64,000 bases of DNA from Mobula hypostoma (taxonomy: Eukaryota). Position numbers and translations under genes: made by a program. Every line of letters begins with the position of its first letter. Within the stretch, counting starts at the first letter, position 1. The stretch is from the NCBI RefSeq assembly GCF_963921235.1, contig NC_086108.1, positions 7,378,001 through 7,442,000 on the forward strand. The letters are read 5' to 3'. Shown one piece after another: positions 49,901 to 61,782 of the stretch. Below the pieces are notes generated by a model that had not been told where the DNA came from, searched no databases, and saw only the letters and a list, made by a program, of their open reading frames with translations.

Positions 49901-51051
49901 ACATACAAACTTTCTATAGATGCCGTGCAACTGAACTCTGAACTCTGATGCCTTGAACCGTAATAGTGTCATGCTAACTGCTACACTACCATGGCAACCT
50001 CCCCACCCACCCCCCACCCACCCACCTTTCCAATTCTTTGAACAGGTCTACATGGTGCACATTGGTTCTTGAAGCAACCTGCAAAACCCTAATCCTACCT
50101 CAGCTATGAAATACTGTGGACCACCTGAGTCTCTACAACTCTTTCTATGGTCCAGGTGTGGGTTGATGGGGGCTAGGCCAACTAGATGGGCTGAAGGGCC
50201 TGTTTCTGTGCTGTAGTGCTCTATGATGCAATGACACCTTCCTACACTACTATGGACATCTCCTAGGGGGGGAGAAGGTGTTTTGATGTTGTTCTCAGTA
50301 TCTTTGTTCCGCTTGCGTTGTTTGACAGCATTATGGGTATGCCCATGTTAGCACCAGATTGGCGGTGACTCTCCTGGGCTGCCCCCAGCACATACTTGGT
50401 TGCTAATGCAAACGACGTGTTTCAATGTACATGTGAAAAGGTTCCTGAAGGTTGAAATAGCCAGGGGTTGTAATGGAGACAAACTCCCACTACCTATTAA
50501 ATGCTCCCAATGACGTGCGTCTCAAATAGCCTCTGACAACCAAGTCCACTTCCTGGTCTTCACAAATGGCCTAGCTACTAAGCCCAGCGGAACCAATTCC
50601 ACTGACAGGAGAAGGGGCAAAGGTGGGTTACTGGCACCTTAAAACCAGCCGCTTTGGGCAGATGGGGCTCATCAGCCACGGTTGGCAGCTGGTTTAGGAG
50701 AAGGAAAACTCTGATCTCAAACTTCTGCTGCCTTGCACCTACACCCACTCATGGGGAAGGCTTCAGGAGTAATCACTTGGGAAAAATCCGGAGCTGGAGT
50801 CCCTAAAGCAGTCCTATGGTGCCAAACGGTCTCTCACGATCATTTGGATTAATCGGCTGCGTGGAGAGGGGGAGCTTGCTCTCCACATCGTACTGCCCTG
50901 ACTTGAGTATCAGGTAGACAGCTAGAATGTAACATCCATGGTTGACCCTGACCAATGGAGGGCCTCAAGTGTGCAAATCTGAATCTGATAATTAATGTCT
51001 TTGTTCTTGCACAGTCAAATTCAGAATCAGGTTTATTATCACTGGCATCTA

Positions 51052-51205
51052 CAGTACTGTGCAAATATCATAGGCACATGTATATACTGTAACTAAGGTG
51101 ACAAGGACTTTTGCACAGTACCGTAGTGGTTCTATGCATTGCGCTGTACTGCTGTCTCAGAAAAAAAACGTGACATATGTGAGTATTGATAAACCTGATT
51201 CTGAC
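51052..51205 (+). mobile_element. Composite mini-MITE element (copy 4, left end only)
   Basis: cagtactgtgcaaatatcataggcac...gacttttgcacagtacc, followed by the same captured tail to gataaacctgattctga. Confidence 0.65.
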
Positions 51206-51214
51206 ATAAGGCAA

Positions 51215-52570
51215 ACTTATAGGAGCAGAATTGGGCCATTTGGCCCATCAAGTCTGTTCTGCCATTTCATCATGGCTGATCCATTTCCCTCTCAGCCCCA
51301 GTCTCCTGCCTTCTCCCCGTATCCCTTCACGCCCTGACTAATCTACAGTCTATCAACCTCTGCCTTAAACGACTTAGCCTCCACAACCATCTGTGGCAAC
51401 GAATTCCACAGACTCACCACATTCTGACCGAAGAACTTTCTCCTCAACTCCATTCTAAAAGAACGCCCATCTATGCTGAGGCTGAGAACCTAACCTGTAG
51501 TGTTAGTCTCAAAGGAGGTTCACAAAAATGATTCCAGGATTGGAAGGGCTTGTCATATGAGGAGTGTTTGGTGGCTCTGGGCCCGTGCTTGCTGGAACTC
51601 AGAAGAACGAGTACAGATTTCATTGAAATTTATCGAACATTGAAAGGCCTCGATAGAGTAAATGTGGAGAGGATGTTTCCTATGGTGGGGAAGCCTAGGA
51701 CCAGATATGTAGAGTTAAATAAGTACCCTGTATTACAAAAAGAGAGTCTTATGGTACCTCACTACTTTTATAGGAGCAGTATATAGCGGTCAGCACAATG
51801 TTTTACAGTACAGGCGACCTAGGTCCAATTCCCGCTGCTGTCTGTAAGGAGTTTGCAAGTCCTCCTGGAGACCACATGGGTTTCCTCCAGGTGCTCCAGT
51901 TTCTGCCCATATACTGGTTGATTGGTCGTTGTAAATTGTCCCATGATTAGGCTAGGATAAAATCAGGGGGTTGCCGAGTGGTATGGCTCGAAGGGCCAGA
52001 AAGGCCAGAAAGGCCAGAAGGGCCTATTCCTCACAGTATTTGAATAAACAACAAACAAATTTCTACAGATGTACCAGGGAGAGCATTCTGACTGGTTGCA
52101 TTACCGTCTGGTATGGAAGGGCCACTACACAAGATCAGAAAAAGCTGCAGAAAGTTGTAAACTCGGACATCTCCAGCATGGACACTAACCTCTCCAATGT
52201 CGAGGTCACCTTAAAAAGCCAATGCCTCATGAAGGCGGCATCCATCATTAAGATCCCTCATCACCCAGGACATGCCCTCTTCTCATTGAACCATCAGGGA
52301 GGAGGTACAGGAGCCTGAAGACACACATCCAGTGATTCAGGAACAGCTTCTTCCCCCCTGCCATCCGATTTCTGAATAGTTCATGAAGTCATAAATCCTA
52401 CCTCATTTTGCTGCTCTCTTTTTGCACTACTGAAAAAATTATGTATAAAGTATACTGTATATATGTCTTATTGTAATTATATATTTTATGTATTGTATTG
52501 CACTGCTGCTGCAAAACAACAAATTTTATGATATATGCCAGTGATATTAAACCTAATACTGATTCTGATT
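51215..52570. mobile_element. Cluster of CR1 fragments (both strands), a tRNA-SINE (~51775-52045) and a Rex1 3' end (~52055-52570)
   Basis: Peptides LSYEECLVALG..LKGLDRVNVERMFP and FYRCTRESILTGCITVWYG..KAASIIK. SINE motif gaccacatgggtttcctccaggtgctccagtttc. Confidence 0.8.
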
Positions 52571-53107
52571 CCTGAGTGGGCAAGAGGGATTAATTTATTT
52601 GGGCAGTTGGCTGCCAGTCCAATTATTTTGAATTCTGCCATGCAAAAGGAGAAAGATTGAGTTTGGATCGAGCCAGCCATCTCATAAATACCCAGTGCTG
52701 TAGAAATATCATCAGAAGCTCCAGACACTTCATCCCTGGGAGAGAAACGATCTTTACTGGCTGGGCTACTGAGAGACTGACGCCGGACAGAGGGCTCTGG
52801 AGAGCTGCTGTCGCCTGCCCAGCTCCGGTGGGGGTGGTGGGCTGAAGAAGGTGAACATTTCAGCACAATGTGAGATGGGCCGAAGGGCATGTTCTTGTGC
52901 TGACTGGTTGGCATTCTATGCTCTATGATCTTCACACCGGGAACAGAGCAGATCTTTGCTTCTAGATTATCTAACCAGATCATGTGATGGCTTCTGACAC
53001 ACCTCCCCTTTAATAAACCTTTAAGGGCCATAACAGTGAAAATGAAACTGGGTCCTAGCGACATGTTGCAATAGTTACTCTCACATTACACTTTCTTACA
53101 AAGATCA

Positions 53108-55280
53108 AAGTTCAAAGTAAGTTTATTGTCAGAATCAGAATCAGAATCCTTTGTTATCGCCAGGTATGTGGACACATACAGGGAATTTGATGCCTCAAAG
53201 TACAAATATGTCGCCATACGCAACACTGAGATTCATTTTCTTGTGGGCATTCTCAATAAACAGAATAATAACTATAACAGAATCAATGAATGACCACCCA
53301 ACTAAGGCGTTCAACCAGAGTGGAAAACTCAACAAATTGATCATGTTTAAAAAGAAGAAATAATAATAATAAGTAAACAAACAATAAATATCAAGAACAA
53401 GAGATGAGGAGTCCTTGAAAGTGAGTCCATTGGTTGTGAGAATGTTTTAATGATGGGGCAAGTGAAGTTATCCACACTGGTTCAGGAGCCTGATGGTTGT
53501 GGGGTAATAACTGTTCCTGAACCTGGTGGTGTGGGACCTGAGGCTCATTGTGGTGAGTGAAGTTATCCCCACTGGTTCAGGAGCCTGACGGTTGTGGGGT
53601 AATAACTGTTCCTGAACCTGGTGGTGTGGGACCTGAGGCTCATTGTGGTGAGTGAAGTTATCCACACTGGTTCAGGAGCCTGATGGTTGTGGGGTAATAA
53701 CTGTTCCTGAACCTGGTGGTGTGGGACCTGAGGCTCATTGTGGTGAGTGAAGTTATCCACACTGGTTCAGGAGCCTGATGGTTGTGGGGTAATAACTGTT
53801 CCTGAACCTGGTGGTGTGGGACCTGAGGCTCATTGTGGTGAGTGAAGTTATCCCCACTGGTTCAGGAGCCTGATGGTTGTGGGGTAATAACTGTTCCTGA
53901 ACCTGGTGGTGTGGGACCTGAGGCTCATTGTGGTGAGTGAAGTTATCCACACTGGTTCAGGAGCCTGATGGTTGAGGGTAATAACTGTTCCTGAACCTGG
54001 TGGTGTGGGACCTGAGGCTCATTGTGGTGAGTGAAGTTATCCACACTGGTTCAGGAGCCTGATGGTTGTGGGGTAATAACTGTTCCTGAACCTGGTGGTG
54101 TGGGACCTGAGGCTCATTGTGGTGAGTGAAGTTATCCACACTGGTTCAGGAGCCTGATGGTTGTGGGGTAATAACTGTTCCTGAACCTGGTGGTGTGGGA
54201 CCTGAGGCTCATTGTGGTGAGTGAAGTTATCCACACTGGTTCAGGAGCCTGATGGTTGTGGGGTAATAACTGTTCCTGAACCTGGTGGTGTGGGACCTGA
54301 GGCTCATTGTGGTGAGTGAAGTTATCCCCACTGGTTCAGGAGCCTGATGGTTGTGGGGTAATAACTGTTCCTGAACCTGGTGGTGTGGGACCTGAGGCTC
54401 ATTGTGGTGAGTGAAGTTATCCACACTGGTTCAGGAGCCTGATGGTTGAGGGTAATAACTGTTCCTGAACCTGGTGGTGTGGGACCTGAGGCTCATTGTG
54501 GTGAGTGAAGTTATCCACACTGGTTCAGGAGCCTGATGGTTGTGGGGTAATAACTGTTCCTGAACCTGGTGGTGTGGGACCTGAGGCTCATTGTGGTGAG
54601 TGAAGTTATCCACACTGGTTCAGGAGCCTGATGGTTGTGGGGTAATAACTGTTCCTGAACCTGGTGGTGTGGGACCTGAGGCTCATTGTGGTGAGTGAAG
54701 TTATCCACACTGGTTCAGGAGCCTGATGGTTGTGGGGTAATAACTGTTCCTGAACCTGGTGGTGTGGGACCTGAGGCTCCTGTACCTTGTTCCTGATGGC
54801 CTCAGTGAGAAGAGAGCATGTCCTTGGTGGTAGGTGTCTTTGATGATGGATGCTGCTTTCTTACAAAAGTGTTTCATGTAGAAGTTCTCAATGGCCACGG
54901 GGGTGGGGGTCTTTACCCATGATGGGCTGGGTCATATCCACTACTTTGTGTAGAATTTTCCATTCAAGGGCATTGGTGTTTCCATACCAGGCTGTGATGC
55001 AGCCAGTCAGTATACTCTCCACTACACATCTATAGAAGTTTGTCGAAGTTTTCAATGTCATGCTAAATCTCAGCAAACTCCTAAGGAAGTAGAGGTGCTG
55101 CCATGCTTTCTTCATAATTGCACTTGTGTGCTAGATCCAGGAGAGGTGCTCTGAAATTATAACACCTTGGAATTTAAAGTTGTTAACCAATTCCACCTTT
55201 GATCCTCTGATGAAGATTGGCTCATTGACCTCTTGCTTCCTTCCCCTGAAGTCTATAATCAGCTCCTTTGTCCTGCTGAA
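53108..55280 (-). mobile_element. Rex1/Babar-type LINE 3' end hosting a 95-bp tandem array
   Basis: KKAWQHLYFLRSL..FYRCVVESILTGCITAWYGN and KAASIIKDTYHQGHALFSLRPSGTRYRSLRSHTTRFRNSYYP. Confidence 0.88.
53461..54779 (-). repeat. 95-bp tandem array, 14 units, with a 5-unit (474-bp) higher-order duplication
   Basis: agtgaagttatc recurs every 95 (twice 94) bp from 53461 to 54694. Reverse complement of the 5618-6280 unit. Confidence 0.98.
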
Positions 55281-55834
55281 CGGGGAATGCAGACAATTTC
55301 TGTGACTTGCTGAGGATTAACAGCAAGGAAAGCCTTGAATTTCCAATGAGAAGACGTGCCTGAGATGTGGCCGTTTCATCCATTGGGACTGGTGATTGGT
55401 GGGTGATGGGACTGTACCAATTGGATGGGTATTCAGGCTGACCAATGGCAGGGACTGCGACAGAGGTCCACACCAGCATTGTTGGCCATGCAGGAAGCTG
55501 CCATTGTTGACCTCAAATGCTCACAGAAATGATCTACATCTCCTGGCTCGCGTTAATCTGATCCATTCTTGTCGTGGCCTCAGATGTCTCAAGAGGCTTT
55601 ATACCCCCAGTGAACCACCCAGTGTCCTCCAACCACCAGTCCTCTCCTACAGTCTCAGCATTAACCCCCAGAGATCTTCACCATCACAGGGAAATATCTC
55701 TTAACTCTCAGGCAAGACTACATCTGGCCATTTTAGGTTAGCAGTGATGGTTATTGTCTTCCAACCTTGCTTCTTCTGTGATGTTCCAATTGCCCAAGAG
55801 TAAGCGCGCCTCTCCTGACTTCCTGAATGCCCAG

Positions 55835-56232
55835 CGGCAAGGTAGCGTAACGCTTTACAGCACTGCTGTCGTAAGTTCTCCCTGTGACCGTCGGCTTTCC
55901 ACTAGGTGTTCAGATTTCCTCCCACATTCCAAAGGTGTACAGGACAGCGTTGGGGAGTTGTGGGCAAGCGAGTGTGGTGGTTAGCTCAACGCTTTACAGT
56001 ACAGGTTGCCCAGGTTCAACCCGCCATGACCTATAAGAACTCCGTACATTCTCCCCGTGACCACGTGGGTTTCCTCCGGGTGCTCTGGTTTCCTCCCACA
56101 GTTCAAAAGGTAATTGGTCATTGTAAATTGTCCCACAATTAGGCTAGGATTAAATTGGGGGGATTGCTGGGAAGCATGGTTTGAAGGGCCGGAAGAGCCT
56201 ATTCTGCTCTCTATCTCAATAAATAAATAAAT
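55835..56232 (+). mobile_element. Two adjacent tRNA-derived SINEs
   Basis: gtagcgtaacgctttacag and gtggttagctcaacgctttacag heads, ccccgtgaccacgtgggtttcctccgggtgctctggtttcctcccaca body, (aaat)n tail. Confidence 0.8.
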
Positions 56233-57894
56233 GCTCTCGTCACTCAAGAGAGCTGACAAGTTCTCAGCTGAAGAAAGCTGCCTCCTGCACTCAATGGGAT
56301 GGACCTGTGCATTCTCACTACTGGAAGAGAGATTGCAACCGGGACCTTTAGGGCAGTGTGTCATAGTTACAGAGGGTGGTAGTCACCTCAGAGATGTAGG
56401 GGTCCAAGCTGGTGTTAGTAAAAGAACGGGACCATTAGATACAAGAGCAGAATGGGGCCATTCAGCCCATTGAGTCGGTTCTGTCATACAATCATGGCTG
56501 ATTTTCTTTCTCCACCCTATAACCTTTAACCCCCTTGCCAATCTAAAACCCATCAATGTCTATCTTAATTACATTCAATGACTCATCCTCCCGCAGATGT
56601 CTGTGGCAACGAATTCCACAGATTCGCACCCTCTGGCTGAAGGGTTCAAAGTTCAAAGTAAAAGTTATTATCTATGTACATATATACTACCTTGAGATTT
56701 GTTTTCTGACAGGTATTTACAGGAAAAATAAAGAAATGCTCGGAAAATATGGAAAACTAAGCCGGTTGAGTGATCTCGTGTCTTGCTGTCTATGAGTGAG
56801 TCTGGTGAGGTTTTGAGTGGAGTATGTGGCCTGGAGGTCAAGAAGCCCGCAGATGGGGTGAGAGCGTGCCCACGGTCGAGGCCATTTCTCACCAAATCTC
56901 ACTGATTAATGTATTGAAATCAACCAGGACGAGAGTGGAAGACGAGTGGGTGTGTGTGTGTTCAGCACTGTCTGCCTGTGTGAACCGTTCTCTCTCTCGC
57001 TCTCACTCACTGCTGCCGGGGGAAGGTGCCGGCATTTGACCGGTCTCTCTCTCCCTCTGGTTTGACATTGGCAGAAGATGGGGCTGGGGCCTTGGGTCTT
57101 CAGCAACGTTTAATCGACACTGTTTGTGGATTGGTCTCTAGTCCACGTTATGATGTGTTTCTGGTGACTCCTTTTCTCGTTGCTGTTTTGTGTGATTTTG
57201 ATCGGGGCAGACTGGCTCTGCGCTCTGCAATCAGTGAAGAACAGAGCACTAAACTGAATCAAGCTGATCTAGACTGAATATTTTTAGACTGTTCCAATGT
57301 TTGCTGCTTTATGTTCAGAGCACTTTTTGCCCATTTTTCTGCCGTTTGCGCGATTTGTTCTTTTTTTTTTGCGTGTTGGAGGTTTGAAGTTTTTTTTAAC
57401 GGTTCCATGGTGTTTCTTTGTTTTGTGGCTGTGTGTGGACAGGATGAATCTCACAGTTGTATATTGCTTACATACCTCGATAATAATAAATGTATTTTGA
57501 ATCTTAAACAGACAAATTCTGACAAACAACCAATCTATAAAAAAAAACAAAAATCATGCAAGTAATAAGATAATTCCCAGAAAATGGGTTTTAAAGAGTC
57601 TGCAGGTTGTAGAATCAGCAGTTCGGAGTGAAGTTATGTACACCGATTCAGAAGCCTACTGGTTGTAAAGTAATAAATGTTCCTGAACCTGGTGGCTTCA
57701 GTACCACCTGCCAATGGTAGCAAAGAGAAGAGGGCACGGTCCCTTCACCTCAGATTTAAAAGGACATCCCTTTATTCTGAGCCTGTGCCCTCAAACCCCA
57801 GACTCTCCCACTAGAAAAGCAGAAAAAACAGTAAGTTCAGTTTGATTGGTCGCAAGTACATTGGAAAATACAGTGAAAGGTCTTTCCTCCTTTG

Positions 57895-58260
57895 TAAATT
57901 TGATAGAGGTATACGAAATTATGAAGGGTATAGATAGGGTAAATGCAAGCAAGCTGTTTCCACTGAGTTTGGGTGGAACTACAACCAGCGGTCATGGGTT
58001 AAGGGTGAAAGGTGAAAAGTGTATCTGAAACATGAGGGAAAACTTCATCACTCAGAGGGGTGTGAGCATGTAGAACCAGCCGCCAGTGCAGTGGTGGATG
58101 CGAGCTCAATTTCAACATTTAAGAGAATTTTGGATAGTACGCAGATGATAGGGATACGGGGGGGGGGGGCAGGTCAGTGGGAGTAGGCAGTTTAAATAGT
58201 TTGGCACAGACTAGATGGGCTGAAAGGCCCGCTTCTGTGCTGTACTTTTCTGTGACTAGG
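57895..58260 (+). mobile_element. CR1 LINE 3' fragment
   Basis: LIEVYEIMKGIDRVNASKLFPL..GHGLRVKGE. Confidence 0.85.
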
Positions 58261-59024
58261 TACATTTTGAAAAGTGTCGAGTTATGTCAACAGACAAGGC
58301 AGGTTGAACACGTGCTGGGGGCAGCCCACGAGTGTCGCCATGCTCCCGGGACGAGGTAGCATGCCCACAACCCACTAACCTTGACTCTGCATCCTTCGAA
58401 TGTGAGGGGGAACTGGAGTCCTGGGGAGAACCCGCATGGTCACCGGGTGAATGTAGAAAGTGCTTGCAGACGGCAGCGGGAATCAGCAACTGATGAGTGA
58501 TTGCTGGTGTTGTAAACTACCCTACTGATGGAAATATCTTCTCCACATGAAGTCTATCCAGCCCTGTCAGTGGGCAGGCCACTCCCTGAACACCCTGCGC
58601 TGTTCCCAGGACGTAAGCACCCATCACCTTGACGATCAGCGAGAGCGGTTTCTGCACGCTACACGGCCGGGTGAGATGGGGGCATCGAAGCACCCACCTG
58701 TGTAATAAGGTCAACAGGTGGGTGGTTTGCACCTGATCACAGGTGAGACAGATCGAGACATGCAAACAGTGGCGGCGTCAGTATTGATTACTGTGTAAAC
58801 AGTTCCGCAAGTCAGAGAAGGCAAAACACCAGCACACACGCACTTCGACTGCCAGGCATGCACGCAAAGGTTTTCTGCTCCCGTGGCACTCCTGAGGGCC
58901 TGGATTCTGTCTCCAACCTCACACCCTCCAGTCTTTGGGAATTTCTACAGTGCCTTTGACAAAAGCTTCTACTTCCTCAGGAAGCTGAAAAAAATGCATC
59001 ATGTCCCCGTTGACTTACCCATTA

Positions 59025-60723
59025 CACAAGACAACAAATTTTTTCGGAAGTGTGTTGCTTTCTTTTTTTTGTTTATGATAGACCACTTGAAGTTGAACAC
59101 AAATAGAATTTCAGACTACTTGTATCTTGTACGAATTTGGAGAAGCAAGGAATTAACCTTTATTGAATATAATGTGTTTAATCACATAATGGTGCTGATG
59201 CTTTGCATTAGTTCAACTCAGCTAAAAATGTTTTGTTAATGTTTTTCATTTGTGCTCGGTGTCTGAGGCTTCTCGCTTTAAGTGTCCAACAATAATCAGC
59301 CAGCATTGATGGATTCCAGTTGCCCTGTTGTGGATAGTCTGGAGGGCTGTCAGAGGTTACAGCAGGACATCAATAGGATGCAGAACTGGGCTGAGAAGTG
59401 GCAGATGGGCTTCAACCCAGATAAGTGTAAAGTAGTTCATTTTGGTAGGTCCAATTTGAAGACAGAATATAATATAAATGGTAAGACTCTTGGCAGTGTG
59501 GAGGATCTGAGAGATCTTAGGGTCCATGTCCACATGACACTCAAAGCTGCTGAGCAGGTTGACAGTGTTGTTAAGAAGGCGTATCGTGTGTTGGCATTCA
59601 TCAACCGTGGGATTGAGTTCAAGAGCTGTGAGGTATGTTACAGCTATATAAGACCTTGGTCAGACCCCACTTGGGGTACTGTGTTCAGTTCTGGTCACCT
59701 TACAACAGGAAGGATGTGGATACTATAGAGAGTATGCTGAGGAGATTTACAAGGATGTTGTCTGGATTGGAGGGCGTACCTTATGAGAATAGGTTGAGTG
59801 AACTTGGCCTTTTCTCCTTGGAGCAACCGAGGATGCGAGGTGACCTATTAGAGGCGTATAAGATGATGAGGGGTATTGATCATGTGGATAACCAGAGGAT
59901 TATTCCCAGAGCTGAAATGGCTGACAGGAGGGGGCACAGTCTTCAGGTGCTTGGAAATAGGTACAGCGAGGACGTTAGGGGTCAGTTTTTCACACAGAGA
60001 GTGGTGGGTGCATAGAATGCACTGCCAGCAGTTGTGGTAGAAGTTGATACAATAGGGTTTTATAAGAGACTCTTAGACAGGTACATGGAGCTTAGGAAAA
60101 TAGAGGGCTATGTGCTGGGGAAATTCCAGGCAGTCTCTAGGGTAGGTTGCATGGTCAGTACAACATTGTGGGCCAAAAGGCCTGTAATGTGCTGTAAATT
60201 TCTATGTTCTGTGTTCTATTTTCCATGATACTGTTTCTCCATGACCACAGTGTCCTGGTGAAACCTTTCACCATGCTCATCACTGACAGCGCCAAGATTT
60301 TGCAGAGAAAAAGTCTAAATGGGAATGCAGAAAATGAATCTTCAGTCACATATTGCACTTCATGGTTTTGTATGCTTGAAGCTTGTTGTCAACCAGCTGC
60401 ACGTAGTTTGATGTCTGTAGTTGCCAACAAAATTTTCAACAACATCCTTGAAAGCCTTCATGTGATTTTCTCTGGTCCCACTAGAAGTTCATCGAATTGC
60501 CTGTCATCAATTACCGGTTTGATTTGTGGACCAACAAAAATGCCTTCCTTAATGTTGGCATCAATTATTCTGACTTGAATTATGAATTGAAATAACAAAT
60601 ATAGGCAATTTTTAAAAATGGTGCATGATAGGGAAATTTTCATAGTGATTTTCACGATCAGCAGCCCAAAACCCATAACGTACACCCAAAAGTACCTGGA
60701 AGTAAAATCTTTGTTGTCCATCG
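59025..60723 (-). mobile_element. Chapaev3-like (CMC) DNA transposon deletion derivative, split by a CR1 insertion
   Basis: TTA on both flanks and imperfect TIRs sharing gacaacaaa. Minus-strand peptides IKEGIFVGPQIK..WKAFKDVVENF, LKIHFLHSHLDF, LGAVSDEHGERFHQD..MEKQY, resuming after the CR1 as QGNWNPSMLADYCWTL. Confidence 0.75.
59325..60222 (+). mobile_element. CR1 LINE 3' fragment nested in the Chapaev3-like element
   Basis: LQQDINRMQNWAEKWQMGFNPDKCKVVHFG and LYKTLVRPHLGYCVQFWSP. Confidence 0.92.
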
Positions 60724-60784
60724 TTATTATCAGTGCACCACAGAAAGCATTTTGTCTCGATGCATAATGGTTTGGTACAGCATG

Positions 60785-60972
60785 TGACCACAAGAAATGA
60801 GCTGGGGTCACCCACCTTGCAGAGACACTGTCCAGAAGAAGGCGATGGCAAACCACTTCTGTAGAAAAATGTGCCCAGAGCAATCATGGTCATGTGACCA
60901 TGATCGCCTATGTCATACAACTTGGTACATCATGATGATGTCATATGACATGGCGCATAATGATGATGATGG
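60785..60972 (+). mobile_element. RTE-type SINE/LINE 3' end
   Basis: gaagaaggcgatggcaaaccacttc motif resembles RTE/Bov-B-related ends, with a (gat)n tail. Confidence 0.5.
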
Positions 60973-61304
60973 AGATTGTACATAGGGCCTCCCACATTCC
61001 ATAGGTGTAACAGTTAGGGTTAGTGAGTTGTGGGCAAAGGTTCAAAGTACATTTATTATCAAAGTGTGCATGCAGTGTTCACCCCTGAGGTTCGTCCTCC
61101 CGACGGACAGACACACCATGGAAGAGTGACAACACCTGTGGGGCTGGCCCCAGCACATCCTTGGACTGTGTTGGTTGTTGACACACAAGACGCATTTCAC
61201 TGTATGTCTCAACATTTTGGTGTACATGTGACAAATAAAGTTGTAATCTTTAATGTTCAAAAGTTCAATGGTTCCATTTAATATCAGAGAATGTATACGG
61301 TATA

Positions 61305-61782
61305 CAGATTGATTCCTGGGATGGCAGGACTTTCATACAATGAAAGACTGGATCGACTAGGCTTGTACTCGTTGGAATTTAGAAGATTGAGGGGGGATCT
61401 GATTGAAACGTATAAGATCCTAAAGGGATTGGACAGGCTAGATGCAGGAAGATTGTTCCCGATGTTGGGGAAGTCCAGAACGAGGGGTCGCAGTTTGAGG
61501 ATAGAGGGGAAGCCTTTTAGGACCGAGATGAGGAAAAACTCCTTCACACAGAGAGTGGTGAATCTGTGGAATTCTCTGCCACAGGAAATGTTGAGGCCAG
61601 TTCATTGGCTATATTTAAGAGGGAGTTAGATATGGCCCTTGTGGCTAAAGGGATCAGGGGGTATGGAGGGAAGGCTGGTACAGGGTTCTGAGTTGGATGA
61701 TCAACCATGATCATACTGAATGGCAGTGCAGGCTCGAAGGGCTGAATGGCCTACTCCTGCACCTATTTTCTGTGTTTCTATG
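61305..61782 (+). mobile_element. CR1 LINE 3' fragment
   Basis: RLIPGMAGLSYNERLDRLGLYSLEFRRLRGDLIETYKILKG..VVNLWNSLPQ. Confidence 0.92.

Noticed and set aside
53461..54779. 95-bp arrays (also 5618-6280) as a CRISPR-like array or a repeated 65-aa gene
   Set aside because: There are no unique spacers: the whole unit repeats and is LINE-derived. The repeated ORFs arise from the 95-bp period shifting frame.
59025..60723. ProtoRAG/RAG-like element
   Set aside because: No heptamer-spacer-nonamer ends, no RAG2-like ORF, and a 3-bp rather than 5-bp TSD.
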